DNA of 64,000 nucleotides from an uncultured Candidatus Saccharibacteria bacterium (GTDB lineage Bacteria > Patescibacteriota > Minisyncoccia > HO2-45-28): NCBI GenBank assembly GCA_964574495.1, contig CAZNNT010000001.1, positions 5,194 through 69,193 on the forward strand, read 5' to 3'. Made by a program: the position numbers and the translations under genes. Positions 1 through 8,311 of this stretch are shown in pieces. A model generated the notes under the pieces. The model was not told the DNA's origin. It worked only from the letters and a program-made list of their open reading frames with translations, and searched no databases. How positions within the stretch are numbered: position 1 is the first letter of the stretch; each line of letters starts with the position of its first letter.

Positions 1-854
1 ATCACATTTTCGAGTTCAGCCAGCCCTGGCGCAAGTTTTGGTTCCCATTCAAAAACATCAATGGCCGCGCCGCGTATGGTTTTATTTTTCAACGCTTCCG
101 CCAAAGCGGCTTCATCTATGATCGGCCCGCGGGAAGTGTTTATCAAATACGCAGTCGGCTTCATCTGGCTCAATCTTTCGGCGTTAATCAGATGCTGAGT
201 GGATTCCAAAAGAGGCACATGAATAGAAACATAATCGGCCTCTCGCAATAAATCATCTAATTTTTCTTTGTAAACGGCTCCGTATTCTTTTTCAAAATCG
301 GCGTTGCGATTGGGGTCATAATAAATAACTTTAGCGTCAAAACCTTTAACCGCGTGATGCGCGACGCGAGAGCCAATTCTGCCAAGGCCGACAATACCGA
401 TTGTTTTGCCCGATAAATCGTTTCCCAAAAGCATCATCGGCGCCCAGCCGTCGTATTTTCCCGCTCTTGTGAATTTATCCGCTTCAACCACACGGTGAGA
501 AATCGCAAGCATAAGCGCGAAAGTATGCTCGGCTACGGTATTAGTTAAAACGCCGGGGGTATTGGTAATCATCACTCCGCGCGACTCCGCCGCTTTCAAA
601 TCAATATTATCAAAACCGACGGCATAATTGGCAAAAATTTTTGCGCTTTTGCCTGCCGCGTCCAATACATCTCCGTCAATTTTATCGGTTAAAAGACATA
701 AAACCGCGTCGTATTTATCGGCTTTAAGCGCTTGAATAAGCTCGTCTTTAGCCAAAACCCCGTCTTTAGGGCTTACGACCACCTCATATCCTTTTTCTTT
801 TAATTTGTTTATTCCCGCCTCCGGAATCAAGCGGGTAATAAATATTTTCGGCAT
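1..854 (-). CDS. D-2-hydroxyacid dehydrogenase (D-glycerate dehydrogenase/glyoxylate reductase family), 3' end outside window
   Basis: Manual translation from ATG 854: MPKIFITRLIPEAG...ANYAVGFDNID...TNTPG...GIVGLGRIG...HVPL...INTSRGPIIDE; runs off window edge so absent from ORF track. Confidence 0.9.
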   Translation of the reverse strand, partial: MPKIFITRLIPEAGINKLKEKGYEVVVSPKDGVLAKDELIQALKADKYDAVLCLLTDKIDGDVLDAAGKSAKIFANYAVGFDNIDLKAAESRGVMITNTPGVLTNTVAEHTFALMLAISHRVVEADKFTRAGKYDGWAPMMLLGNDLSGKTIGIVGLGRIGSRVAHHAVKGFDAKVIYYDPNRNADFEKEYGAVYKEKLDDLLREADYVSIHVPLLESTQHLINAERLSQMKPTAYLINTSRGPIIDEAALAEALKNKTIRGAAIDVFEWEPKLAPGLAELENV

Positions 855-877
855 ATATTATGGATTATAGACCCGTC

Positions 878-2332
878 CTATCGTTTTGACCATCTGTGCT
901 TGGCCTTACTCACTCTGAAACGCGCATCGCCGAAAGGCGCCAAAATTATATTCGGAAGGGCCTTCACGCCTATGGAGCGATGGAGTTTTCTGTATTCCAT
1001 ATTCATACTGACAAGACCTTCAAAAACGCTTTGGCGTATTTTAAAAATAATAACGGGCGAGGGTTTTAGGCCTCTAGCAAGTTCAACTTCCACAAAAAGT
1101 TTCTGGTCGCGCCCGTTTCTGAAAAGACGAGTGTAGGCGATAAATTTCCCGGAAACGAATTTATAAACATCTTTTTTCTCAAGGCCGGATTTTATGTTTT
1201 CAGGAAAAATGTTTAAAGCGTAGAAAGTGGTGGCGACATCTGAACGCGAACCAAGAAAAATAAAAGGCCGTTTCCATTTGTCAAAGCCGAGTTGTTTAAC
1301 CCTGTCCGACACTCCGGCTTTCTTTAAAATCGCTCGCATCTCTTTATGGCTGACAATGCGTCCCGTGTCGTGAATATTATAACGCAAAAGCGGAATGCCC
1401 GCGCGAGCGCTGAACAGCAATTCCCCGCCGACCATTTCAAAAAAAACCTGTCCGGGATCATATTGCACTATGGTGGGAATAAATTCTTCAAAACCGAGTT
1501 TTTTGGCAAAGGTCTTGTTTTCGGAGGCCAATTTTCTTATAAAAATGCTCGCCGGCGTCTCGTGGCCGATTGCGGCCGCGTCCGCCGTGCCATAGATGCT
1601 CACCGAACCGCTAAAACCGTTGGAGTTGTTGGAGCCGTTTTTAATTCCCGCGATTTTATGCATTATTGAACGGTATTTTTCAGAAAAATTTTCTCCGGCA
1701 AAAAGCAGATTTAACCGCAGATTTTTTATGTTTATTTTTTGAACGAGCGCTTCCTCCAGAACATCCCTTAAAAGCGGCGGATAACCGGCGAGAATCGTGC
1801 GTTTAAAAGACGGCGCGAGGTCTCGCAGAATCATAACCGCGTCCTCTTTTTCGATTGAAGGAGTTATAACTGAAATGTTGTAGCCGCGCCTAGAGAGCCA
1901 CCTTACGGAAGCCATGGTGAAGGTTCCGGCAATCCAGGTGCCCATTGAAAAACAAATCACCACCAAAGTTCTTTCGTTCTTTTTAACGCCGAAAATATCC
2001 CTGAAAATTCTTTCGTGCTGACGGCCCCCGGCTTCCTCCTGCCAATCGCCTCTTGGCCAATAAAACGGCTTGCCGGAAGAACCTGAACTGGCCGAAATCA
2101 TAGGCGGTATTTGTCGCTTTGGGAACAAATCAAAAAAATCAAAAGCCCTTAAATAATTGACCTTGTCCATTGAGGGCACTTTGATAAAATCGGCGTATGA
2201 TTTTATATTCTTTGGGTTTATGCCGCGCTTTCGCAAAAAAAACCTATAAGCCGGCACGACGCGCGCCGACTCCTGAAAAAGTTTTAAGGCCTCTTTAAAG
2301 CCCTCCGGGTTATGCGGACTATTTGAATGCAT
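878..2332 (-). CDS. Phenylacetate-CoA ligase (PaaK)-like ANL adenylate-forming protein
   Basis: SSGSSGKP P-loop-like motif, YGTAD, PLLRYNIHD, GRSD-like (GSRSD) motifs. Confidence 0.85.
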   Translation of the reverse strand: MHSNSPHNPEGFKEALKLFQESARVVPAYRFFLRKRGINPKNIKSYADFIKVPSMDKVNYLRAFDFFDLFPKRQIPPMISASSGSSGKPFYWPRGDWQEEAGGRQHERIFRDIFGVKKNERTLVVICFSMGTWIAGTFTMASVRWLSRRGYNISVITPSIEKEDAVMILRDLAPSFKRTILAGYPPLLRDVLEEALVQKINIKNLRLNLLFAGENFSEKYRSIMHKIAGIKNGSNNSNGFSGSVSIYGTADAAAIGHETPASIFIRKLASENKTFAKKLGFEEFIPTIVQYDPGQVFFEMVGGELLFSARAGIPLLRYNIHDTGRIVSHKEMRAILKKAGVSDRVKQLGFDKWKRPFIFLGSRSDVATTFYALNIFPENIKSGLEKKDVYKFVSGKFIAYTRLFRNGRDQKLFVEVELARGLKPSPVIIFKIRQSVFEGLVSMNMEYRKLHRSIGVKALPNIILAPFGDARFRVSKAKHRWSKR

Positions 2333-2364
2333 TGCCCTCTATATTACCATATTATGCGAAAAAT

Positions 2365-2958
2365 TCAAGGCGATAGAATGGTTTTGGCAAAATCCCAAAA
2401 TTCGGGATGGTTTTGCTTAGTTTTTAACCAAAACCACCATTCCGCGCCCCATAAATAATATTCGTCAAAACCGCTGGCTTTGGCGTAATCAATCGTGTTT
2501 TTGAAAAAATCCAAATCAAAATGTTTCAATTGCTCGTCAAGCGCTGTTTCGTAAAGTTGTTCGGGAAGCCACGGCTCGGCCGCGAGCTCTGAGACAATAA
2601 ATTTTTTCTCATGCTCTCCGGTAAGCCGTCTTATTATTTTTTCTTTAAGTCCGAAAAACTCCGGCGGCAGATGATATTCAATAAAGCCGAGCGTATCATT
2701 ATAAATCCTGCGATACATTGTCGTTCCGAAAATATCTCCGCGTTTAACCGCCCCAAACCACAATCCCAATTCGCCGCTATCCGTAATTAAGACCGGGTGA
2801 TTGGAATCCAGGGATTTGACCAGCGTTATTTCTTCATCCAGAAATTCTTTATCCAGCGGCGGACATTCGCCGAATTTTAAAAACGGCTCGTTTTCTACCT
2901 GCCAATATAAAAGCGCCGGATGATTTTTATAGCGATTTACGACGGCTTCGAGCCCATT
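2365..2958 (-). pseudogene. C-terminal part of a clan GH-A-like glycoside hydrolase domain, out of frame with its N-terminal part
   Basis: WQVENEP (acid/base-type) and VSELAAEPW (nucleophile-type) motifs, LWGAEWW; homologous-looking sequence begins only after the stop of the upstream ORF. Confidence 0.7.
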
Positions 2959-4213
2959 AGGGCTCATGACATTCGGGCCAGCGCGGCAGTTTCCGGCCAA
3001 CAGCCAAAATAACCCGCGCGCCGGAGAACGCGGCTTCATCCATTTGATAATCCAAATTTTGAAAATCAAACTTGTCTTCCTCCCGTTCAATCATGTCCCA
3101 ATAAGCGATGAGACGGATGCGCTTCGGCTTTAATTCTTTTATAATCGCGTCATAATTTTCGCGCCAATAAGCCCCCTCACCTACTTTGCCATCTTTTGAA
3201 TTTGCGCTTTGCGCCACGGCAAAGTAGGTGTGGGGGTCAGACCCGAGCTTTTCGGAAAATTTTTGCGAGAATGTAACGCCCCAGACAATCGAGCGGTTTT
3301 CATCCGACGCCCAGTTTACTCGCGTCCATGCGTCTGACTTGTAATATTCGCCGACGGCAAGCCATAAAACGCCGAAAGAAATAATCGCGAAAGCCGTTAT
3401 TTTTCCGGCCAGAATCCAGCCGGAAAACCGCTCGCGAAGTATCAGCCATCCGCCCAAAAAAACAAAAAGGTATTGGAGATTGCGTGTTGATTCAACCAGA
3501 GGCGGCAAACCGGTTGAAATTGCCGCGTAAATTAAAATGGACCCCAAACCGGCGTAAGCGCGGTTAAACAAATAAAGCCGCTTGTTTTTGAACTCGTCTC
3601 TGCCTTCCGGATGAAAAATCTTTTTTCTGAAAGCCGGCACGGCAAGAAAAATAAGCACCGTCAAAAACGAGGTGAACTTTATCCAAATAAGCCCGGAAAA
3701 AAAACCGGAAAAATCGAAAACCATTTTGGTAAGATTGCTCGCGAGCCCAAAACAAAAAGCGGCTATAACCGCAAGCATAATCACTTTTAACCGAACTCCT
3801 TTTTGTTCAATGAAAAATAATATCAGGCCGCCTAAGATTAAAATTATAAAACCGGCTAACTGGTAAAAGGTTAAATTGATGTCCAAAAGCGCGGAACTGA
3901 AAATCAAGGTGAATATCGGCGCCAAAGCCCAGATTAAAATTATTGAACTGGAGGCCTCGCCGTAAAAGAGGGCGGCAAAATAAAAAAATAGCGCGAGTAT
4001 TGAGACCGCACCGGTTAAAAAGGTAAAACCGAATTCGGAAAAATTAAACAATCTGAATCCGAAAGGCGCGAGAAAAACCGTAAAAACGCTCAAAATTCCT
4101 ATCCAAAAAGTATAGCCGATGGGATTGGGATAGGATTTTTTTAAAAGCAGTTTATCTATTACAGCCGAACTTCCGCTCACGAATTGCGAAGCCACCGCGA
4201 ATAAAAACCACAT
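2957..4213 (-). CDS. EamA/DMT-family membrane protein fused to the N-terminal part of a glycoside hydrolase-like domain, ending at a premature TAA
   Basis: About 10 hydrophobic helices (first ~290 aa) followed by WGVTFS...RIRLIAYWD..E....FDF..LDYQ...GRKLPRWPECHEP*. Confidence 0.75.
   Translation of the reverse strand: MWFLFAVASQFVSGSSAVIDKLLLKKSYPNPIGYTFWIGILSVFTVFLAPFGFRLFNFSEFGFTFLTGAVSILALFFYFAALFYGEASSSIILIWALAPIFTLIFSSALLDINLTFYQLAGFIILILGGLILFFIEQKGVRLKVIMLAVIAAFCFGLASNLTKMVFDFSGFFSGLIWIKFTSFLTVLIFLAVPAFRKKIFHPEGRDEFKNKRLYLFNRAYAGLGSILIYAAISTGLPPLVESTRNLQYLFVFLGGWLILRERFSGWILAGKITAFAIISFGVLWLAVGEYYKSDAWTRVNWASDENRSIVWGVTFSQKFSEKLGSDPHTYFAVAQSANSKDGKVGEGAYWRENYDAIIKELKPKRIRLIAYWDMIEREEDKFDFQNLDYQMDEAAFSGARVILAVGRKLPRWPECHEP
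3172..3236. repeat. Palindromic element (19-bp arms, 1 mismatch, 27-nt loop) lying in-frame inside the CDS
   Basis: CCCCCTCACCTACTTTGCC (3172-3190) ... GGCAAAGTAGGTGTGGGGG (3218-3236). Confidence 0.85.
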
Positions 4214-4271
4214 AGATTAATTATAAAGCAAACTAACGCAAAGGCATTAAATGAACCATTGCCCGATTAAC

Positions 4272-4300
4272 TTGACTTTTTATTTATAAGGTGCTATAAT
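4272..4300 (+). promoter_or_regulatory. Sigma70-type promoter with extended -10
   Basis: TTGACT-17 nt-TATAAT, with TGc before the -10. Confidence 0.75.
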
Positions 4301-4395
4301 TAAAAAGTAGTATTAAGTACCTTTCTAAAAAAGTGCCCTTGGAGCTTCGCTGTTCTTGGGGCAGATGTAAAATCCACAAAAAAAGGAGGTGTGTC

Positions 4396-4575
4396 ATGTT
4401 CAGGAATATAGAGAGGGAAGTTTGGGGTTACTGCGTGGCCGTTATCGGGGCTTTCGTGGCCGACTTCTTCTTCTGGTACCAGATATATGCCTACATCGGG
4501 TTCGTCGTGTTCATTTTGGGCTTGACGATGATGTTCGGCCCACCCGAGATCTTCAAGGTCTTCAGGAGAAAATGA
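4396..4575 (+). CDS. Small (59 aa) two-TM hypothetical membrane protein
   Basis: AAGGAGGT SD 5 nt before ATG 4396, own promoter and terminator, two hydrophobic segments. Confidence 0.7.
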   Translation: MFRNIEREVWGYCVAVIGAFVADFFFWYQIYAYIGFVVFILGLTMMFGPPEIFKVFRRK

Positions 4576-4619
4576 CAACTGTCCGTATGGCCACAAGCCG
4601 GCCGGACGGAAACAAGCGG

Positions 4620-4662
4620 GGGAATCCGTCCAATCCGGATTCCCTCTTTTTTATTTTTTTTT
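4620..4662 (+). terminator. Intrinsic terminator
   Basis: GGGAATCCG-7 nt-CGGATTCCC followed by a long T run. Confidence 0.75.
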
Positions 4663-4663
4663 A

Positions 4664-4690
4664 TTTTCTTCACGCAAAGGATTCGCCTTT
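4664..4690 (+). repeat. 27-nt palindrome-cored dispersed repeat, copy 1
   Basis: TTTTCTTCACGCAAAGGATTCGCCTTT; 26/27 identical to 7062-7088. Confidence 0.8.
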
Positions 4691-4779
4691 GCAAGTACTA
4701 TCCTCCCCAAATCCCACGATCGTGGAAATTAGAAAGGATGAAAAACTTTGCAAAATTACAAAATGGTTATTAATTTCAA

Positions 4780-5343
4780 TCAAAAAATAATAATGCTAAC
4801 CACCGTAAAATAAACAAGCAGACTTATTAAATCCTGAATAATGGTCGCCACGGGCCCCGAGCCCAAAGCCGGATCAGAATGTCTTTTGTATAAGAAGCTT
4901 GGAATAATCACGGCTAAAATCGGAGCCAGCGAAAGATTGATCAAAAAGGTCAGTCCTATGACAAATCCAATCGCGGAGGACTTAAGCCAATACGCGGCAA
5001 AAACCGCTAAAATCAAGCCGAAAATAACGCCGAGTCCGACGCCGACTACGCTTTCTTTAAAAATGTAAGTCCAGAAACGGGTTTTTTTGAACGTAAGCGC
5101 CCGCACATAAATAGTTTCGGTCTGCGTGCCCACGGCATCGCTTAGATACACGATAATCGGAATAAAAAAAGCGAGCCTTACATCGGCCGAAAGAATAGCT
5201 TCGTATTTAGAAATAATCAGTGTGGCAAGAATTCCGCCCAAAAGCCCGACAAAAAGCCACGGAACACGGCGTTCAATCAAATGCTCTACGGATTCTTTGG
5301 CGTCGTCTTCGGCCACATACTCTTTTTTTGGCTGTATCTCCAT
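4780..5343 (-). CDS. MgtE-family magnesium transporter, membrane domain only
   Basis: RRVPWLFVGL, FFIPIIVYLSDAVGTQT, DPALGSGP..T.IQD motifs; no CBS or N-terminal domains. Confidence 0.85.
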   Translation of the reverse strand: MEIQPKKEYVAEDDAKESVEHLIERRVPWLFVGLLGGILATLIISKYEAILSADVRLAFFIPIIVYLSDAVGTQTETIYVRALTFKKTRFWTYIFKESVVGVGLGVIFGLILAVFAAYWLKSSAIGFVIGLTFLINLSLAPILAVIIPSFLYKRHSDPALGSGPVATIIQDLISLLVYFTVVSIIIF

Positions 5344-5416
5344 ACGTTAAATATACCATATTCAATTTATTTTTATTTTAATACTTTGATGCCCCTCGGG
5401 CTGCGAATTTATATTT

Positions 5417-5959
5417 CTATAATACATACTCCCAGCCTGGTTTCCAGGATTTTGTTTTTCGCCAATCTTCGGCGAACGCCTCATCCCATGTTTTATTTTT
5501 AAGCAAAACTTCAAGGGCGAGCTGCGGGGCTTTATGCGAAACTAAGGCGACGCTTTTGCCGTCGTAATTTTGTTTTAAAAATTCAAGAAAATCGGCAACA
5601 CGCGTTTTTACATCCTCGTAGCTTTCGCCGTCGGGAAATTTTTCGGTTATCATTTTTTCTTGCATCGGCTCGACAATTTCAGACGAGTGGCCGTTAAACT
5701 TGCCGTAATTGCACTCGCGCAATCTTTGGTCGGGGATAATTGGTGCCACTCCTTCAAAAACTAGTTTTGCGGAGTCAACTGCCCGTCTCAAGTCGGAGCA
5801 AAAGACAACATCAAATTTTTTGTCTTTGATTTGGTCTTTTAGTTCAATAGATTGTTTTACACCAAGCTCCGAAAGCCCGACGTCAGACCACCCGGACGAG
5901 ATTCCTTTCTCGTTATCCTTAGTCGTTCCATGTACGAAATAAGTTATTTTGATTGGCAT
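5417..5959 (-). CDS. Histidine phosphatase (phosphoglycerate mutase-like) family protein
   Basis: VHG (RHG variant), SDLRRA, LRECNYG, GES, LVSH motifs. Confidence 0.85.
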   Translation of the reverse strand: MPIKITYFVHGTTKDNEKGISSGWSDVGLSELGVKQSIELKDQIKDKKFDVVFCSDLRRAVDSAKLVFEGVAPIIPDQRLRECNYGKFNGHSSEIVEPMQEKMITEKFPDGESYEDVKTRVADFLEFLKQNYDGKSVALVSHKAPQLALEVLLKNKTWDEAFAEDWRKTKSWKPGWEYVL

Positions 5960-6396
5960 TATTTATTAAACTCAATATATTCTTTAACCCCCCTCAGCCA
6001 GCCTCCTTTGAAAAATTTTTCGGGTTTAAAATTGTTTGGGTCAACCCAAAGCAATTCCGAGTGTCTTTCCGAAGTTTTGACTTCGCCACTTTTCAATTCA
6101 CTCTCATAACCGATGGCAAATATTCTAACGGTGGGATTGCCCGGCGCATGTTCGACTCTTTCATGCCTCATAAAAATGATCGGCTCGCCGATGGTGTATT
6201 TGATGTCTTTACCCAGCTCCTCCGTCATTTTGCGTTCGATAATTTCATCCAAAGGTGTTTCGAACTCGTCTTTTTTGATTCGTCCTCCGGGCAAATCCCA
6301 GTCGCCAAAGCTATCTTTAAGTATTAAAAGTTTGCCGTCTTTTTTCAAAAAAACTTTTACCGCCACAAAATATTTTTCTTTTTCTTCTGTATCCAT
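5959..6396 (-). CDS. NUDIX hydrolase
   Basis: WDLPGGRI...ERKMTEELG Nudix box. Confidence 0.85.
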   Translation of the reverse strand: MDTEEKEKYFVAVKVFLKKDGKLLILKDSFGDWDLPGGRIKKDEFETPLDEIIERKMTEELGKDIKYTIGEPIIFMRHERVEHAPGNPTVRIFAIGYESELKSGEVKTSERHSELLWVDPNNFKPEKFFKGGWLRGVKEYIEFNK

Positions 6397-6407
6397 GTTC
6401 CGAAAAA

Positions 6408-6977
6408 TTACTTTGATAAATCCTCAATGGTTTGGATCACCTCGGGAAGTTCTAGACAGGGTTTTTCGCCTTCAATCGCGCCGGAAAAATGGCCCATTTT
6501 GTGTTTGATTATGACTTCCGCGCCGAGTTTTTCCTTAAAAATACCAGCATATTTCAGGTCAACATGCGGGTCGTTGTCGGAATGGATCGCCACAAAGCCG
6601 TTTTTTGATTTTGATTTGATATTTACAAAATCAATCGGCGTCTCAAAAAAGTTTTTGATTTCGTCATAACCCAAATCCTCGGTAAATCCGGCGACAAAGA
6701 CCACGCCGCCCACTCTTTGATTTTTCTGCAAAGTTTCCAAATAGCGCATTATTGTAACGCACCCGACGCTATGACCTATGAGAAATAGGTTTTCGTCAGG
6801 TTGCCCTATTTTTTCGGAAAGGAATGGAACCCACGCGTTTTGCTTAGGATGTTCGGTGTCGGGGAACGCCGGAATTTTCACTTCAAATCCTTTGGATTCA
6901 AGTTCTTTTTTCACTGACGGATACCAGCAATAGTCTGGCGCCCCCTCCCAACAATGGACTATGATTGCTCTTTTCAT
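6408..6977 (-). CDS. RBBP9/YdeN-family alpha/beta hydrolase
   Basis: GHSVG nucleophile elbow, HSDNDP, C-terminal GHF. Confidence 0.85.
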   Translation of the reverse strand: MKRAIIVHCWEGAPDYCWYPSVKKELESKGFEVKIPAFPDTEHPKQNAWVPFLSEKIGQPDENLFLIGHSVGCVTIMRYLETLQKNQRVGGVVFVAGFTEDLGYDEIKNFFETPIDFVNIKSKSKNGFVAIHSDNDPHVDLKYAGIFKEKLGAEVIIKHKMGHFSGAIEGEKPCLELPEVIQTIEDLSK

Positions 6978-7061
6978 ATCCCTATTATGCTACGCAGCAT
7001 ATTACGCAGCAAGGTTTTACCGGGCGGTTTTGTTTAAATCGTTGGTGTAAAATAAATTATT

Positions 7062-7088
7062 TTTTCTTCACGCAAAGGTTTCGCCTTT
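7062..7088 (+). repeat. 27-nt palindrome-cored dispersed repeat, copy 2
   Basis: TTTTCTTCACGCAAAGGTTTCGCCTTT. Confidence 0.8.
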
Positions 7089-7098
7089 ACCTACGCCT

Positions 7099-7824
7099 TT
7101 ACTTAAAAAGCAAGACGGCGCCTAGAGCGGCGGCGTAGTTGCCGAGGCGAGATTTTAGAACCGGCGCCGGGATGCCGTTTTTGAAAAACTCCTTTTTTAA
7201 TTTTGAGACGAAATTTTTCCTTTTCATTATTACTCCCCCGCCGATGATTATTGCCCGCGGTTTATATGGCTTGATGAGTTTTGCCAAATTCTTGCCTAAA
7301 AATTCGGCGAGTTTCGTATCGTCTTTTTTATCTCTAATTTTTTGATACTCACCCTCCCAACGCTCCGGATATTCAAATTTTTTGATTTTTAAAATTTTTC
7401 CCTTTCTGCCGGAGGCCCGGCCGATTCCCGTGCCAATAGTCAAAAAAAACGCGTTTTTAAAACCTTTTCCGGCTCCAAGCAAATATTCCCCTCTGGCAAA
7501 ACAGCGCGCGTCGTTATCAAGTTTTAATTGAACTCCCGTCGGGATTATTTTTTGAAAATTAAAATTTTTAACCGCGGGAATATTGGGACTAAAACGCAAA
7601 ACCGCGCCACTAACCACTCCGGCTGTCCCGATGCCGATGCCCGATATTTTTTTGACGCGAAAAAAACCGCCAATAAGTCCTTTAAGTTTATTTTCAAAAC
7701 CGGCGCGGGTTTGAGGGGTCTTTATTTCGCGATTTTGCAAAATTTTTTTCTTATTCCACAAAATCCCCCGAATATTCGTCCCGCCTATATCTATGCCGAT
7801 GATATTTTTCAATTTATTGGTCAT
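7099..7824 (-). CDS. ROK-family protein (sugar kinase-like)
   Basis: GIDIGGTN, DNDA, LTIGTGIG, AALGA; real start taken as ATG 7824 because the longer ORF overlaps tRNA sequence. Confidence 0.85.
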   Translation of the reverse strand: MTNKLKNIIGIDIGGTNIRGILWNKKKILQNREIKTPQTRAGFENKLKGLIGGFFRVKKISGIGIGTAGVVSGAVLRFSPNIPAVKNFNFQKIIPTGVQLKLDNDARCFARGEYLLGAGKGFKNAFFLTIGTGIGRASGRKGKILKIKKFEYPERWEGEYQKIRDKKDDTKLAEFLGKNLAKLIKPYKPRAIIIGGGVIMKRKNFVSKLKKEFFKNGIPAPVLKSRLGNYAAALGAVLLFK

Positions 7825-7849
7825 TTGGCTGCCGGGCTTGGATTCGAAC

Positions 7850-7869
7850 CCCCGCCATAGCGGGACAAG
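7850..7869 (-). mobile_element. Miniature hairpin insertion (20 nt, lacking TGAA end) in the tRNA T-stem
   Basis: CTTGTCCCGCTATGGCGGGG splits T-stem CTTG|G. Confidence 0.7.
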
Positions 7870-7884
7870 CAAGATGCTCGCCTC

Positions 7885-7909
7885 TTCATCCCGCCAGAGG
7901 CGGGACAAG
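7885..7909 (-). mobile_element. Miniature hairpin insertion (25 nt) in the tRNA anticodon loop
   Basis: CTTGTCCCGCC-TCT-GGCGGGATGAA in place of TG in CTT[TG]GA. Confidence 0.75.
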
Positions 7910-7921
7910 AAGGGCGATGTC

Positions 7922-8281
7922 CTATTCACCCCGCCAAATTTTACTTGATAATTCTCTCCCAGCCGAAGCTGCGGGACTAGGATTCGAACCTAGATACTCG
8001 CCTCCAAAGGGCGATGTCCTACCATTAGACGATCCCGCAGCTTCGGCTATGAGTTTTTTAAAAGCATTACCGCCATGCCAACTTTTTATTTGTTCCTCTC
8101 TCTTTCGCGCGTCTTCATAATTTAAATGCTTTTCTGAATAAACAATATCCCAGGGTTTGCTAAATTTTGTTGCACACACATACCCCTTGTTGTGGCGCTT
8201 TAGCCTTTCAATCGGATTCAAGGCGGTAATGCCAATATAGTACTTATTATTTCTATTTTTCAATATATAAAGATTGACCAT
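7922..8281 (-). CDS. GIY-YIG nuclease family protein
   Basis: LYIL...YYIGIT...RLKRHNKG...T....PW..VYSE.....A.KRE.QIKSW; C-terminal tail is the translation of the nested tRNA. Confidence 0.9.
   Translation of the reverse strand: MVNLYILKNRNNKYYIGITALNPIERLKRHNKGYVCATKFSKPWDIVYSEKHLNYEDARKREEQIKSWHGGNAFKKLIAEAAGSSNGRTSPFGGEYLGSNPSPAASAGRELSSKIWRGE
7969..8039 (-). tRNA. trnQ: tRNA-Gln(UUG), intact, no encoded CCA
   Basis: TGCGGGA TC GTC TAATGGTAG GAC A TCGCC CTTTGGA GGCGA GTAT CTAGG TTCGAAT CCTAG TCCCGCA G; full cloverleaf, U1-A72. Confidence 0.93.
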
Positions 8282-8286
8282 AAATT

Positions 8287-8311
8287 CTTGTACCGCCACA
8301 GACGGGATGAA
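8287..8311 (+). mobile_element. Inverted copy of the 25-nt hairpin element nested in the left end of the large insertion
   Basis: CTTGTACCGCCACAGACGGGATGAA, 21/25 identical to 7885-7909 on the opposite strand. Confidence 0.75.

Noticed and set aside
4300-4790. Alternative ORFs 4300-4596(-), 4389-4790(+) and 4491-4694(-)
   Set aside because: Only the ATG-4396 frame matches the promoter, SD spacing and terminator; two of the alternatives run through the terminator.
7825-7929. 35-aa N-terminal extension of the ROK ORF in the ORF track
   Set aside because: It is the translation of the interrupted tRNA; ROK motifs start right after ATG 7824.
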